Source of the DNA: Raillietiella orientalis
Taxonomy: Eukaryota
Reading direction: 5' to 3'
Assembly (NCBI GenBank): GCA_036172245.1
Contig: JAYWIR010000025.1
Coordinates: 2,666,001 to 2,730,000 of the forward strand
Length of the DNA: 64,000 bases
This document shows positions 13,211 through 24,750 of the stretch, in pieces (the stretch's first letter is position 1; each line of letters opens with the position of its first letter). A model generated the notes under the pieces. It was not told where the DNA came from and did no database searches. It was given only the letters and a program-made list of their open reading frames with translations. Position numbers and translations under genes: made by a program.

Positions 13211-14849
13211 TTGTCGCCAGAAAGAGGGGTTCCAGGGAAAGACCAGGGCGAACTTTCCCGACGAAGCGCCTTCCTCGCGCGTGACCTTACAGGGGGCGAC
13301 CTCAGCCGGCGTGCCAGTGACAGAGGGGCGCGGGATGGTCCTCTGGTCCGCAGGAGACGGGAAAATATCCGACCTTGACCTTCCTCTCCCGCAGCCCCAT
13401 CGACAACAGTCCGATCGCATGAAGTCGGGAGGAGGAGCCCTCCGGAGGGACGTCGGAGGTACGAGGGACTCCCTTACACTCGCGGAAGACAAAGAGGCAC
13501 GGTCGACGGCGGTGGGAGAGGGAAGGTCGCAAGATGGCGGCGGACGTGAAAAAGCTCAGGCAGGAACCGCCGCGGCAGAAAGAGCGTGAGACAAGAGAAA
13601 GAAAAACCAGGGCGCTGACGGCCACCGAAGGTGTGGCAGGGAACTGTGCAAGAACGGCGGCGCCACGTTCGCTCTACATGGGTTGCCGCGAGCGAGTGAA
13701 CGAGCGCGCTCGGGACGCAGCCCTTCGCCGCCGCCTCGCGCCGCGCCAAATGGGGACCAGCTGGGGGCCGGCTGCGGGGGCGGAGGAAACCGGACGTGGG
13801 ATGAAAGGACGGAGAAGAAGGCGGGCACGGAGCTCTCCTTCCGCCGCGACGCGCAAGGACGGAATTCAAATCTGCCGGAACCGCCGCTGCGGGGGAAGAG
13901 GGAGGGGGGACTCCCCCCCTTCCGACAAACGAGCGGGATGCGGCGATGCGCGCAACTGCAGGAGCAATGCGAAGTTCTCCGCGACGCGGCGCCGTCAGCA
14001 GCAGCGGCAGCGCGCGCGCTCAAGGTTGGGGAGGCGGGACGCCTCTCCCCCTCCTTGAGCGCACGCGCTGAAGAGGTCATCCCTCCCTCCGGCGTGCGCT
14101 CAGAAGCCCTCCGCCTCGGCGGCTGGAGGGACGCTGGAAGAGCGAGGGACACCCCGGAACCCGCCTCCCCCCCCCGGGGCGTGAAGGCTGGTCAGGCCGC
14201 TCCTGTTATCGGGAGGGTCGAATCTCCGTGCGCACGGGGGCCCGCAGCAGATGCTCCTCCGCAAATATTTGCTAAGAGCGCCAGGCGTCTCCTTGGAGAC
14301 GGACCCGTCTGCGTTTTTGGTTTCCGGGGGGCGCGACTCCGCCCCCGAGGACGCGATAAAAAAAAAAAGGCGAGAGCAACTTGCGGAGATAAAATGGGAT
14401 GCTGGGGATGCCGTCATGTGGTCTGGTCGCGCGGACCGCAGGGCTGCCTGGAGTCCAGAAGTCAAAAGCGGGGCTGGGGACTTCCTATTCGCTTCGCCTC
14501 TTCCCCGAGGCGCCTCCAGAGCCAGCGGCCGCGGCGAGTCCCGACCTCTTCCGCCGCCGTCCCCCATCGGTCCAGTTGGCCTCCCGGAAGCGAGCGCAGG
14601 GGGCAAGGGAGAAGATTCCCCGGCGCGACCCCCTTGTCCGTGCGGCTGAGACCTCCCCGGGTCGCGCCCTCTTTGCGAGGGACGGACGATTGCCTGGGGC
14701 GGTCGGGGAACGACCTGCTCTTCGCGCTGCCGCTGACCGAGGGAGCGCGGTGGCTTCTTCGTGTCCGCCATCTTGGGAGAGACCCCCGCCGTTGCCTGCC
14801 ATCGGGGCAGTTGCGGGGGAGGAAGGGCCACACTGGCCCATGACGGCAT

Positions 14850-15860
14850 CGCTCCGAAGGACGTGGTGGACCGCCCGAGGTAGCAGCCCTTCTCCGTCCG
14901 GCTGGCAACGGCGTCGCCGGATAACCGGCGGTTGCGGGAAAGGAAGGCAGCTGGAGCCCGGGCCCCTGCTCCAGACCCGAACAGATAACCCGCCACTTCC
15001 CCGCCTCCAACGCCCCCCAAAGCTGCGGCTTCACTGCCTTCCCCGCGGGGGAGGGGGGAGATGCTGGGAATCTCCTCCTCCTCCTCCTGCAGGGATGACG
15101 CCAAGTAGGACCATCCCGCCGTCTTGCCCAAGGTGGGAGTCGCGCGGCGTCCTCGTTACGAGGAGGCGCCTCGGAGCACCCCTGAGAGTCTGCCGACATC
15201 CGGGGACCATCGCCAAGTCCCCACAAGCGCGCCGGAGCACAACCTACCGAAAGGTGCCGGAGGGAAGAACTCGACCTGGACAGCCCGGGGTCACAGATCC
15301 CCCCCCTGGTCCATCAGAACTGACATGCTTTGCACGGCAGAGAAGAGCCCGACATAGCAGCGACATCCCCGTGGAGGTCAACGCCACTGCGGTGCGGCAA
15401 GCGAGGGCGTTGACCTCCCGCAAACAGCACCAGAGCATCCGTCCTTTTCCCCGTCACTCCGGGGGGGAGAGGGAGCGCCGCGCGCCCAGTGACGACGCGC
15501 GGGGCTGCAGCGTGCCCCGGCGGAATCTGCTCGCCTCGGCTGCTCCTCCGGAGAGGACCCTCGGGCGACGACGACGCCCTCCCGGACTCGTCCTGCCTCG
15601 TTTCCGCGGGGATCACGCCTTCGGCCAGTGGATGAGAGGGTTCGCGGGGACCCCTCCGCGTCCGTCGCGAACGCCGCAGGCACGCCTGGGAGTCACGCCT
15701 TCCCTTCCGCTGCCTCCACGCTTTCGGTGTCTTCGGCGCGCGTCCGTATTAGGAGCGTGCAATGGCCAGGCCTCAGGCCGCGGCATTCCCCTTCTGTGCC
15801 CGCGACCACCGCCGCTCCGGAAGGGCACCTCTGAACCCCGCACCAGAGTCATTCCTCATC
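14850..15860 (-). mobile_element. Ty3/gypsy RT-RNase H relic
   Basis: Ordered: TLVRGSEVPFR..PEAWPL (~VLVKKKDG.R..DAYPL), PEGPLRR..IPPGHAAAPRV (~TPxGLY..PFGxxxAP), LREVNAL..KHVSSDG, LRRACG..APRRLL, PAAFLSR..SRTEKGCYL (~PVAFASR..SQTEKECL). Confidence 0.6.
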
Positions 15861-16061
15861 CTCGGTAGCCGTCCTTCCTCCCGCGGCTGAAAGCATCCTG
15901 GTGGGGAAAGGACGAGTGGATGAGCGCAACGCGGGGCCGCGTCCCGAGGAGCACCCTCGAAAGGGCCGCCCCCCCCTCAGCGCGTGGGGGCGCCCCGCGT
16001 CGTCATCCGGATTTTCAGCTTTCCTCGGCAGCTCCCCCCCTTCCCCCCATTCACCTTCCCT

Positions 16062-16477
16062 TGCTCCGCCCACGCGCTCCGAGGAGAGCGGAAGGACCCT
16101 CCCACATGACCTCTCTGGGAGACCAAAACCGCGCCCTTAGATGCGAGACCCGACGGCGGTCCAAGGACGGAGCCGCCCGGTCCACCGATCGCAAGTGTCA
16201 GTGACGGTACATCCCCCCCCCCCTTTCAAACGGTGCCCAGAGGCGGAAGGATGCAACAGGCCGCCCTGAAACGCTGGGAGTCTCCAGCTGCCAGTCATGT
16301 CGCTCCGGGACACCCGGAGCCGCAGGTGCCACGAAGGACGTCGCTCGTCCCTTCGGATGTCCGACGACGAGGCCGCCGGAAAGGGAGTGATGCCCACCGC
16401 TCTCATCCTGGAAGCCTCGGGACCGTCTCTGGAGAGGACGGGGAGGTCTTATCCCGTCCTTCCCAGCCGGAGTCGCG
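16062..16477. repeat. Left arm of ~415 bp inverted repeat
   Basis: Reverse complement aligns with 17389-17812 at roughly 90-95% identity (aligned by eye). Confidence 0.95.
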
Positions 16478-17388
16478 CCTCCTCCCCCGTCCAGAGGAGG
16501 AAGGAGCGAAGCGCGCACGCGGGGATTCTCCGCCGCCGTCCGGCATGAGGGGGCAAAAGCTCCCCAAGCAGGAGCAGCAAGGATGGGATGGGGCGCAGCA
16601 GGAGCAGAGCGCGCGTCCCGTTCTCAACGCCACGTCGCGAGGGGGAACGGCCGACGCGGTGCCCCATCCCTCCCCTCGTTTCCCTGCAGCGGGTTGCGGC
16701 TCCGGCGGACAAAAGACCAGCGTCCGTCGGACGATCGAGCGCGGCGAGGGGACAAAAAAGGGAACGGCAGAAACCCCATTTTTTTTTCCTTTTTTTTTTT
16801 TATCATTTTTATCATTTGCCTCGCCCTCGCCCCTCGCCTCCCTTCCTCCAGGGACGCTTCCCTGGAACAGTGAGTGTCCGGTGCCGAAAAGGGGCGCGAG
16901 GGCGAAGAGTCCCGCCTGCGAGACGGCGGGCGCTTCCCGGGCTGGTAGCCGGGTCCGCTTGCTTATCGCCACCATCCGAGCGTCTTCCTTTCGCCTTTCT
17001 TCCCGGGAGCCGAGCGTGAAAAGGGCGCTAGTCGCCGCCGCCTTTGATGCCCCGCCCGGGACGGCACCTGCCGGCTGGCGGCAACGGCTCGGGGAGTGCC
17101 CGCGGCGGTCCTCCGTGGGAGGGGTCAGCCTCGCCTACAGGATGGGAAAGGCGGGAGCGTGGGGATGGCGGAGGGGGGAAGAGGCAGTCCCTTCTCTCCC
17201 CTCTCCCTGCTTTCCCTCCACCGCCCTGCGAAGATGCAAACAACTCGGGTCCGCCCCTTCCGCCATCGTTGTTTACAAGGAGAGTTCTGTAAACAAAGGG
17301 CGGGGGATCCATCTCGCTGCTCCACGGAGTCGCAGCGGAGCCACCGATGCAGCTGTTGCTGCTGCTGCGTCTCTGCCGACACCGCGCC

Positions 17389-17812
17389 CGCAACTACCCC
17401 GACCGGGTAGGACGGGATTAAGACCTCCCCGTCCGCTCCAGCGACGGCCCCGAGGCTTCCAGGATGGGAGCGGTGGGCATCACCCCCCTTTCCGGCGGTC
17501 TCGTCGTCGGACATCCGGAGGGACGAGCGACGTCCATCGTGGCACCTGCGGCTCCGGGTGTCCCGGAGCGACATGACTGGCAGCTGGAGACTCCCAGCGT
17601 TTCAGGGCGGCCTATTGCATCCTTCCGCCTCTGGGCACCGTTTGAAAGAGGGGGGGGGAGGATGTACCGTCACTGACACTTGCGATCGGTGGACCGGGCG
17701 GCTCCGTCCTTGGACCGCCGTCGGGCCTCGCACCCAAAGGCGCGGTTTTGGTCTCCCAGGGAGGTCACGTGGGAGGGTCCTTCCACTCTTCTCGGGGCGA
17801 GTGGGCGGAGCA
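17389..17812. repeat. Right arm of ~415 bp inverted repeat (spacer ~910 bp)
   Basis: For example gatcgcaagtgtcagtgacggtacat (16187-16212) appears as atgtaccgtcactgacacttgcgatc (17662-17687). Confidence 0.95.
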
Positions 17813-17959
17813 CAGGAGACGCCCCTCGCGAGTGCGAATCGCAGCTTTCGACGGGATCCCCATCCCGTCAAAAGCCTCGCATCTTTGGCAAAATGGCTGT
17901 CATCCGCAGTGCAGGTGACTCGGCTCATCCTGAACGAGGTGGCGCTCCCGGATTCACCC

Positions 17960-20900
17960 GGAAGGGACGCTGCCGGCTTGCGTTCCTGTTGGCTCGTCAC
18001 CGGCAGTGCTTTTGCAGCGGCGCCTGGAATCCTGCCGACGTTGGCGGGCGAGGCGGCGGTCGCAGACACTGGCCGAGGTCCAAGGAAGAGCCACCGGGCA
18101 CCCGTGGGTCGACGGGATCCCGCTGACTGGATCTCCGGTATGAAACTCGGAAGAGCAGCCGATAGCCCGCGCGCCGGACAAAGAACTTGCGGACCTCATG
18201 GGGGACCGAGCACGCAGCTGGACACGCGGGTCCAGGACGAGCATCCGACCACGGAGGCAGCACGCCCTAAGAGCACGGATAGGAACGGGAGCTGTTAGGT
18301 GGAGGCATCCAGAGTATGCTGCTGCAGCAAAGGGTGTTCCTGCTGCCCAGGTGGGAAATCGGGGGACGACCGAGAACGGAGCTACGCCAAAGAGTCTGAC
18401 AAAGAGCGCCCACTGCTATTCGTCACGCTGTTGCTCTGCACCAACGGTCGTTTCCCACAAGAGCCGGGAAAGAACACTCACGAGGGCGCGGTTTGTTTCC
18501 TGGAAGGAATCTCGCGCCAGAGTCTCTCTCCTAGCGACGCTGCGCCATCTGCGACTCTATTTAGGCACCATCTCAATCGCATCTTCCGCATCCCGAATGG
18601 TGCACTTTCTGAAGGACTCTTCCAGCTGCGGTCTGCTTCCATGGGAAGCAGATCACAGCAGACCCGTTAGCGCCGCGGTGTCTCCTCCCCCGCCTCCGCG
18701 GACAGCTCCCGCATCGCCGGACTCCGTGATGGGCAGCAAGCATGCGGCGTCCCTCTCTCCCTCGTTCTTCCGGTGGATCCGACTCGCGCCTTCGTGGGCG
18801 CGGCTCACCGTCGCTGAGCTCCTTGTATTCGCGGGACGTCGACGAACCCCTTCGGCCTACGACCACCTTTCGGCAAATGTTGAAATCCGCAAGGGAGGTT
18901 CCCCAACTTCCATCTGACCCGTGCCGACCTGAAGCGGAAATCGAAGTGTGGAGGAACGCGAGGACGACTGGTGACTTCCGGCGCGACGCCGCAGCTCCTG
19001 TCTGTCGCACATTTCCGAATCAGCCTCTCCTTGGTTCTTCGCGACCACCACCGATCCCTGAAAGACTAGCACGCGCTTGAAAGTGGGCGAGGGACCGAGA
19101 ATGTCTTGAAGTGGACCGAGAAGATGCGCAGCGACGTGCCGAAGTGCCACCTTCTTGGTGCTGTCCGGTACGAAGTTTTCTCTTTCTCTTTTGAGCTGCG
19201 AAACTCTCATCGAAATTCAGGGATCGCCTAGAAGGACGGATATCCCGAAGAAACCCCGAAGTTTTGCGTCTGGGGGTCGAGCAGCATCTCGCCGGTTCTG
19301 GTCGTCGCTGCTCGGCCTCTTCCGGCCGAGTTGGCGAACGCCACTCGCCGGAAGATTCTTCTCTTTTCAGGGCTTAAACAAATTGCCTGGTGGACGCCGG
19401 GCCGAGGATGGTAAACTGGAGGGAACGCCGCCGATTCGTGTAATTCGTTCAGGTCACCACCACATGCACGTGCGCCGCCCGCCCTGCTGTGCAACTGCAG
19501 TGGAGACGCCATTTATTGCCAAGGAAACCTCATGAGGTTCGGGATATCGAAAGAGCCCAGAGAGCGCGCAAGAAGCTCCCTCGCCTAGTGAGTGGAACAA
19601 AATGCACAGAAGGGAAGAGGGGAACGGAGATCCACTGTACAGCAGCCAAGAGGCACCTGACGTAAAGCTGACCTCGCCCTGGGAAGGGGGATCTAACAAG
19701 CTGTCCATTCTAAAGAGCGCCGGCAACGTTCAAAATGACGCGTAATGTCGGAACCATGCACCCATTCACCTTTGCAAACCCGAGCGCCCGTTTGCCGTCT
19801 GGGTCATCGGAGGGTCATCAGGGTTCCCACGTACGACCACGTCGTCGAAGACCCTTCAGATTCCGAGGACGTGATTTGCAAAGCAGTTCAGCAAGATGAG
19901 GTTGTTGAACATCCAGTAGGGCCGGGAACACCTCCTGGATACACTAGCCGGCTGAAGCGTCCTTCGAGCGACGGAGAGAAGACTTCCATGGGCGAGCCTT
20001 GAGCAACAGAAAAGAAAAGTACTGGGTTTTCCAGGAAGCAGAGCAAGTCGCCTTAAGAGAAGCAGCTTGGAATCTTTGCAGCAGAATCTTAATCCGTGTC
20101 GAGCAGTTGCAGGTCGAAACACTGTGTGCCGAAACACACCTTCGTTTACATCGAACTGGTCAGGGAACACACAGTTTTTCCAACCAGCAGCAAACTCGCC
20201 TGTCAATCGATGTCTTTTTGCACGCCACCCTGCAAAAGTTCCAGCCTCTGTTCCCTCCCTGATCCACCGTCCGAGACCAGCAAGGTTCCGTCTTTCACTT
20301 TTGTCTTCCTATTACAGGATCTTCCGCTCCCGAGCTTGGTCTTCCGCTCCCGAGCTTGGTCTTCCGGATCGCGCACCCGGGTAGCTGGCTGGCTCTGCTT
20401 GTGACCCTTCCAGTTTTGAGGCACACTCGGTACGGAGCATGGTCTCCGAGCCCCTCCCCCACGATTCCATCAGAGCTAAAAGTACCTCATCGAGGTCTCA
20501 GTTCATTGCCTTGCCGTTGCGCAGATCGTGCTGTCCCCGAAACATTGCCTCGTTCTATCCGGGTCGGTGAGGTCACGCTTGTTTTTTAAGATCAGTAGGG
20601 GGCGGTGCCACTCTCAGCTCTGCGGCGTGGATGGGGAGGATTCCCTCAAATCCACGAAGCTGGCAAAGATCTTTCCACAGCGATCCCTTCCCATGAAGAT
20701 CACCACAGCAATGAGACTCGGCCTCAGCTTCACGAAGCCAAGAGAGGTGTAGTTCACTCTTTTTGTCGTCTGCCCGCCTTCGTTTCTCTCGGTGGTGACG
20801 CACTGTCGGTATCTCGTCCAGTTCCAGATGGTCACCTATTTGTCAACACTGAGCGCAACTTTCTACGCTGCAGTTTCCAAACAAGCAAATCGGTTCCTTA

Positions 20901-21080
20901 TCATCCTCGTGATCGCACTTTATCTTCCGTGCTGCTCTGGAGATTTTGATGTATGCCCTTGTCACCCTCATGCTGGACGGCTTCCGTATTGTCTGCATCA
21001 AGTTTTCCCCCACTTCTGTCATAGACAGCACCGTTCAGATGCTGGCCAAGCCCCTGACCGCCCGGTTTGGCATGGAGAGC
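17960..21080 (+). mobile_element. Ty1/copia pol relic (PR-IN-RT-RNase H), nearly full length
   Basis: Ordered: CWLVTGSA (~WxLDSGA), VCFLEGISRQ (~CxxCLEGKxxR), SANVEIRKGG (~VENxxG), PESAQEAPSPSEWNKM (~PxTYQEA..EWxxAM), TFKMTRN, PTYDHVV..AVQQDEVVEH (~ETYAPVV..AVQxDxxVxH), EKTSMGEP (~EEIYMEQP), EAAWNL, KVPHRGL (~VPYREL), MRLGLSF, LSTLSATFYAA (~LSTxEAEYxA), QMLAKPL (~DMLTKPL). Confidence 0.8.
20321..20366. repeat. Perfect 20-bp tandem duplication (cttccgctcccgagcttggt x2.3)
   Basis: Read directly at 20321-20340, 20341-20360 and partial 20361-20366. Confidence 0.95.
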
Positions 21081-21539
21081 GACTGGAAGTTACGGCGCGA
21101 AAATCCAGATTTCCAATCCAAGAAAATAGCCAACAGACTCGATAGCTGTTCCTGTGAGTGCATCGTCGGAGCGATCATCCTTCGGGGAAGAGTGTGTTGC
21201 ATCTTCCATTGCAGATTGCCCCGTTTCCTGAAAGGAAAAGAAAAATTCCGAATAGCATCTTCGCGAGGTTTGCACTTACTTTACCACCGTGCAATGGAGA
21301 GCACCTTGGATAGAGCGAACTTCGGGAAGACGTCTGCGGCTTTCGTTGCATTCGTGTGGTACCACATCTTGCATCCAGAAAGTGGTTCAGCATCACGAAA
21401 TCCCTGCTTGTGACTTGTACGTTGCGACGCGTGCAGAAACATTCCTCAATGTTTCGGACCGGATTCTTCCTTTCGAGAAGAGCTTAACTTTGGTTTTGTT
21501 TTGGCAACTGAAAATCTTCATTAGCCGTTGATGAGAAAG

Positions 21540-22310
21540 GATCTTATGTACTGAGGAAAATCATTCGTTCTGAGACGGTCAGGAAAGTCACCAAGTATTG
21601 CTTAAGCAAACGCAGGGCTGTGTACATCTTGCTGTGCACAAACAGTCCACATGTGCTAGGGTACAGTGCGATTCCCCACTTACAGTGTCATCAAAACAAG
21701 TTTCCAGGAAGAACTGGAATACTATCCTTTTCGCTGTCGTTGTGGAAAGAAGACCGTTAATCACATTCCATGGAAGACAACATGAAACATCGAAAGGCGT
21801 GATAGCTGAAATGGAGAATGGCAAAGGTTGCGTTCTTCGGTAACCTTTACCATGTTCCGTTAGCTGGTCATCTTTCTCGGAAGATCAAGCGATTGGGCAT
21901 TTCCATTCGAGGCTTCTTGAACTCTAAGACCACTATTGAATTTCTGAACACTCGTGGAAGACAGGGAACCAGAGCTGGGGTTCGGAAACACGGTGGTGGA
22001 GAATCATCCACTTGAGTGGTGCGCCAGTCCAATGCATGGAATCCTCGAAATATAACTCAGTCGTGCAGAATAAACGCCTCGTTAACGTCTTAATTAACTG
22101 GATGAAAATATACTTTTTTTTTTTCGTAACTTTCCTTCGAAGAAAGTGCAGACAATCATAGGTAAGTGGTGTCTACACGAAGCTGACGCAAGAAGAGAGC
22201 CATAGTGCTCTGTAGGTGTCATCTCACAAAGCGACAGTTGTCGCTACTCAGCCATGGGCCATCTGAAGCATCATTTCAGACGCTCAGAGGAGCAATTGCA
22301 ATGCCGCTTG
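21540..22310 (+). mobile_element. Tc1/mariner (Tc1-like) transposase relic
   Basis: Ordered: IRSETVRKV (~VSxxTVRRxL), NWNTILFA..FHGR (~WxxVLFSDE..DGR), SVSWSSFS (~SVMVWGxFS), GFLNSKTTIEFL (~GxLNSxxYxxIL), RQSNA (~QQDNA). Confidence 0.55.
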
Positions 22311-22744
22311 AATCCTTGGCGAAGAAAGAATAAGAAAAGATGCGCGAGCTTAAAAAGTTTGCCGTGATTGCTGTTGCCATGCTGGAAGAAAGAATGGTGT
22401 CAACACGCTGCAGCCGTAGATGGCTCTATTTTGTCTTTCACCGATTCCAAGTTTCAACTTTTTTCGTCCATTCTATCCCCCTTTTGTGCAGAAACTCGTC
22501 CGAAAGTCCAGGATTTGTTTTCGACTGTTCAAGAGCAGGATTTAGTTGAAACATCCGGTTTCAATGCGAAATGTTTGCTCTACAAAAAAAAAAAAAACTA
22601 ATATCCAAAACTACTAATTTCGAGAGCTGTCTGCATATTTTAGAAGAAAAAAAAGAGTATACTGAAAGGAAAAAAATATATATAAATCACTCACTCGCAT
22701 CGCTTATCTATCAGGTTTAGATAGATTTAAAAGGCTAATTGTGC

Positions 22745-23420
22745 TTTCAATCATTTCATACCATCATGAATCGTTGTTTTGGCGATAACTCACTCGACTA
22801 TTTCTCAAGATGATGCATCGAGAGAGGTGAAGAGATCAATTAATCCGAGGGGAACCGCTACAAACCTGTTTTCGAAGCCATAAAGTCATGCAAGAACCTT
22901 TTGCACATATACAGATCATCTTCTGGACTGGAAAATGGTAAAAGGCTAACTGATGTTGGATATGACGTACGGATTGCATCCAGACAATGCAACAAAATTG
23001 CAGGGGAACGATGCAGGAAAACAGGAAGGCCAAAACTGAAGAGCTTTATGTTTTCACGAATGTTCTTCTTCACGGCGTCTTGATGACTTTAAATATCTGT
23101 TTGAGGATCTTTTGGTGAAGGCGGTGGTAGATCCAGGAAAGTGTTTATTGCAAGTTCCGTGACAGTGGCCAGTCTTTCCACGTCACATAAAATCGTGATT
23201 GAAACGGCCGGCGTCTGTTTATTCAGAAGATACAATTTTTATGCTACAGGAAGTGTAGGAAGAACTTTGTGTTGAATTCTGCCAGCAGTCTTCCAAAGGG
23301 CCGACCACGTTCAGTGGGCATCCCATGACAAAATACATCAGGAAGCGTACAGTGGGACAGATAGAACAATTAATCCATGGTACGTGAAGCTGGGAGATGG
23401 TTACTTTTTTTTATGAGCCA
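22745..23420 (-). mobile_element. Mutator-like (MULE) transposase relic
   Basis: Ordered across frames: MD*LFY / ICPTVRFLMYFVMG..GPLEDC (~MDGTFxxCPxxFxQLYTIHG..PLVYC), ILCDVER / HFPGS (~CDFE..FP), IRENIKLFSFGLPVFL (~IRxxMALPFL), RQNNDS*WYE (~RTNNxxEGWH). Confidence 0.65.
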
Positions 23421-23729
23421 CAAAGAAGGAACACGAGTGTCTTTTCGGTTCTCTGAAGTGAAGTCAGAACGATGTGATGCTGTTTCATCAAACGAGGCTG
23501 TACGAATAAAGGCGTGTGAAGTGTTTCTATGGATTGTGATTGCGAGCAGTTCACAGTGTTGCAGAGTTTACGCGAACAGAAAAGTCCAAATGTGTTGGCA
23601 AGCTGGAATCGACAGGCTCCCATTGGATGACTGTCTGGGGAGTGGAAGAAGAAATGCCTGTGAAATGAAATCCCCTAAAAACTTGGATCTCTGATTCGAT
23701 TCCGGATTTTCACGCAGGGAATGGACCCG

Positions 23730-24595
23730 GTAAGGGAGGAAGCACGTTTCCCTCTTAAGGAACGAATGAAGCTCGTGCGAACTTTCCTTGGGCGCTCACG
23801 CAGTTGCCATCCGCGGGAAACAAGGAGTCCCGAAAAGGCGGTTGATCTCTGAGTGCGACCGCAGCTCGTGATCTGTATCGGCCGCTTCTGATTTGGAGGT
23901 TTCGAACTGCACGGTGGTTTCAAGTACTTCAGAAAACATTCGATTCCTCGCGAAGGATTTCCATTATCCTTTGGATGATGGAAATCCTTCTTTTCTGTCT
24001 TCGCACTTCTTCGACACGGTTTCCCGCCACCCGAGGGTGGGTAATTCTTCAAGATAGGGAGTACCCCGGGAGGGGTCCGCCCTATGAATCCAGGAAGTAC
24101 TCAGAGTCCGTTCCTCTCACGCCTGGGGAGGGATCACCGGAAATGGAGATCATCTCCACCCTGGTTGCCTCCGAAGGACCTTATTCTCTCTGGAGAACCC
24201 CTGGGGGGGGGGGGGTCCGCTCCATTCTTTCTTCTCTGAAGGGAACCCGGAAAAGATCCGCTCCTGGATTTTCTTCTTCGGAGGGGATCCCCCGCAAGGG
24301 ATCTGCTCCAGTTTTTACTCCTCTGAGGAGAACCCGGAAGGGATGTTTCCGAAATTCAGAAGGACGCAGCTTCCACGAAGGGATCGGTTCCTTCTCTGCA
24401 CTCTCTGCAGAGGTGGTGGCGAACACCTACTCCATCAGTACGACGCGGCAGGTCCCCCGGGAAGGCGGGGTCCGCTCCTTCACAATCGGAGGGGGAACTC
24501 CCCACTCCTTGATTCCTGGAAGAACAAGGAGGTCGACTCCCATTTGTCCCGGCTCTCATCGGGGGGCATCCGGTTTCAGCCGCTGCCAGTGCCGC
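23730..24595 (+). mobile_element. Internal fragment (RT C-half/thumb) of the NeSL/Utopia-like LINE family
   Basis: Nucleotide similarity to the reverse complement of ~44070-44750, e.g. ccgagggtgggtaattcttcaagatagggagtaccccgggagggg vs ccgaaggtggatgtaactcttcaacttgggggtaccccaggagggg. ORFs 23975..24727 and 44055..44543 also share peptides (IPGRT..ST). Confidence 0.75.
24216..24343. repeat. ~42-bp minisatellite (3 diverged units) inside the LINE fragment
   Basis: Units tccgctccattctttcttctctgaagggaacccggaaaaga / tccgctcctggattttcttcttcggaggggatcccccgcaaggga / tctgctccagtttttactcctctgaggagaacccggaaggga; related units on the opposite strand at ~44280-44402. Confidence 0.8.
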
Positions 24596-24750
24596 ACCCG
24601 GATGAATGTAGGCCAACCAGCGTCATTTTGTGGGGTGAACTCGGGACGCACGACGCACTGCGTGGATTCCTTCCGAGTATGCGAACCCACCACGCTCGGT
24701 GGCGCCACGCGCGGAGACCACCGTTAACCACACGGCCTCCGACGCGGGCA
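24586..24750 (-). mobile_element. Second, more decayed copy of the tRNA-derived SINE-like element
   Basis: ccagtgccgc..tgtaggccaaccag..ggtga..cacgacgca..cgaaccca..acgcgcggag is colinear with the reverse complement of 42835-43010. Confidence 0.65.

Noticed and set aside
14150..14500. Gypsy integrase C-terminus on + strand (WDAGDAVMW..WSPEV)
   Set aside because: Only one or two weak motifs, without an ordered series.
16062..17812. MULE/foldback element with TIRs
   Set aside because: No target-site duplication visible, and the outer ends are less conserved than the arm centres. Not fully excluded without a genome-wide search.
23952..23996. Rho-independent terminator (hairpin plus T-rich tail)
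   Set aside because: Eukaryotic TE context with no upstream bacterial-type gene.
24216..24343. CRISPR array
   Set aside because: Units are diverged tandem copies without unique spacers, and no cas genes are present.
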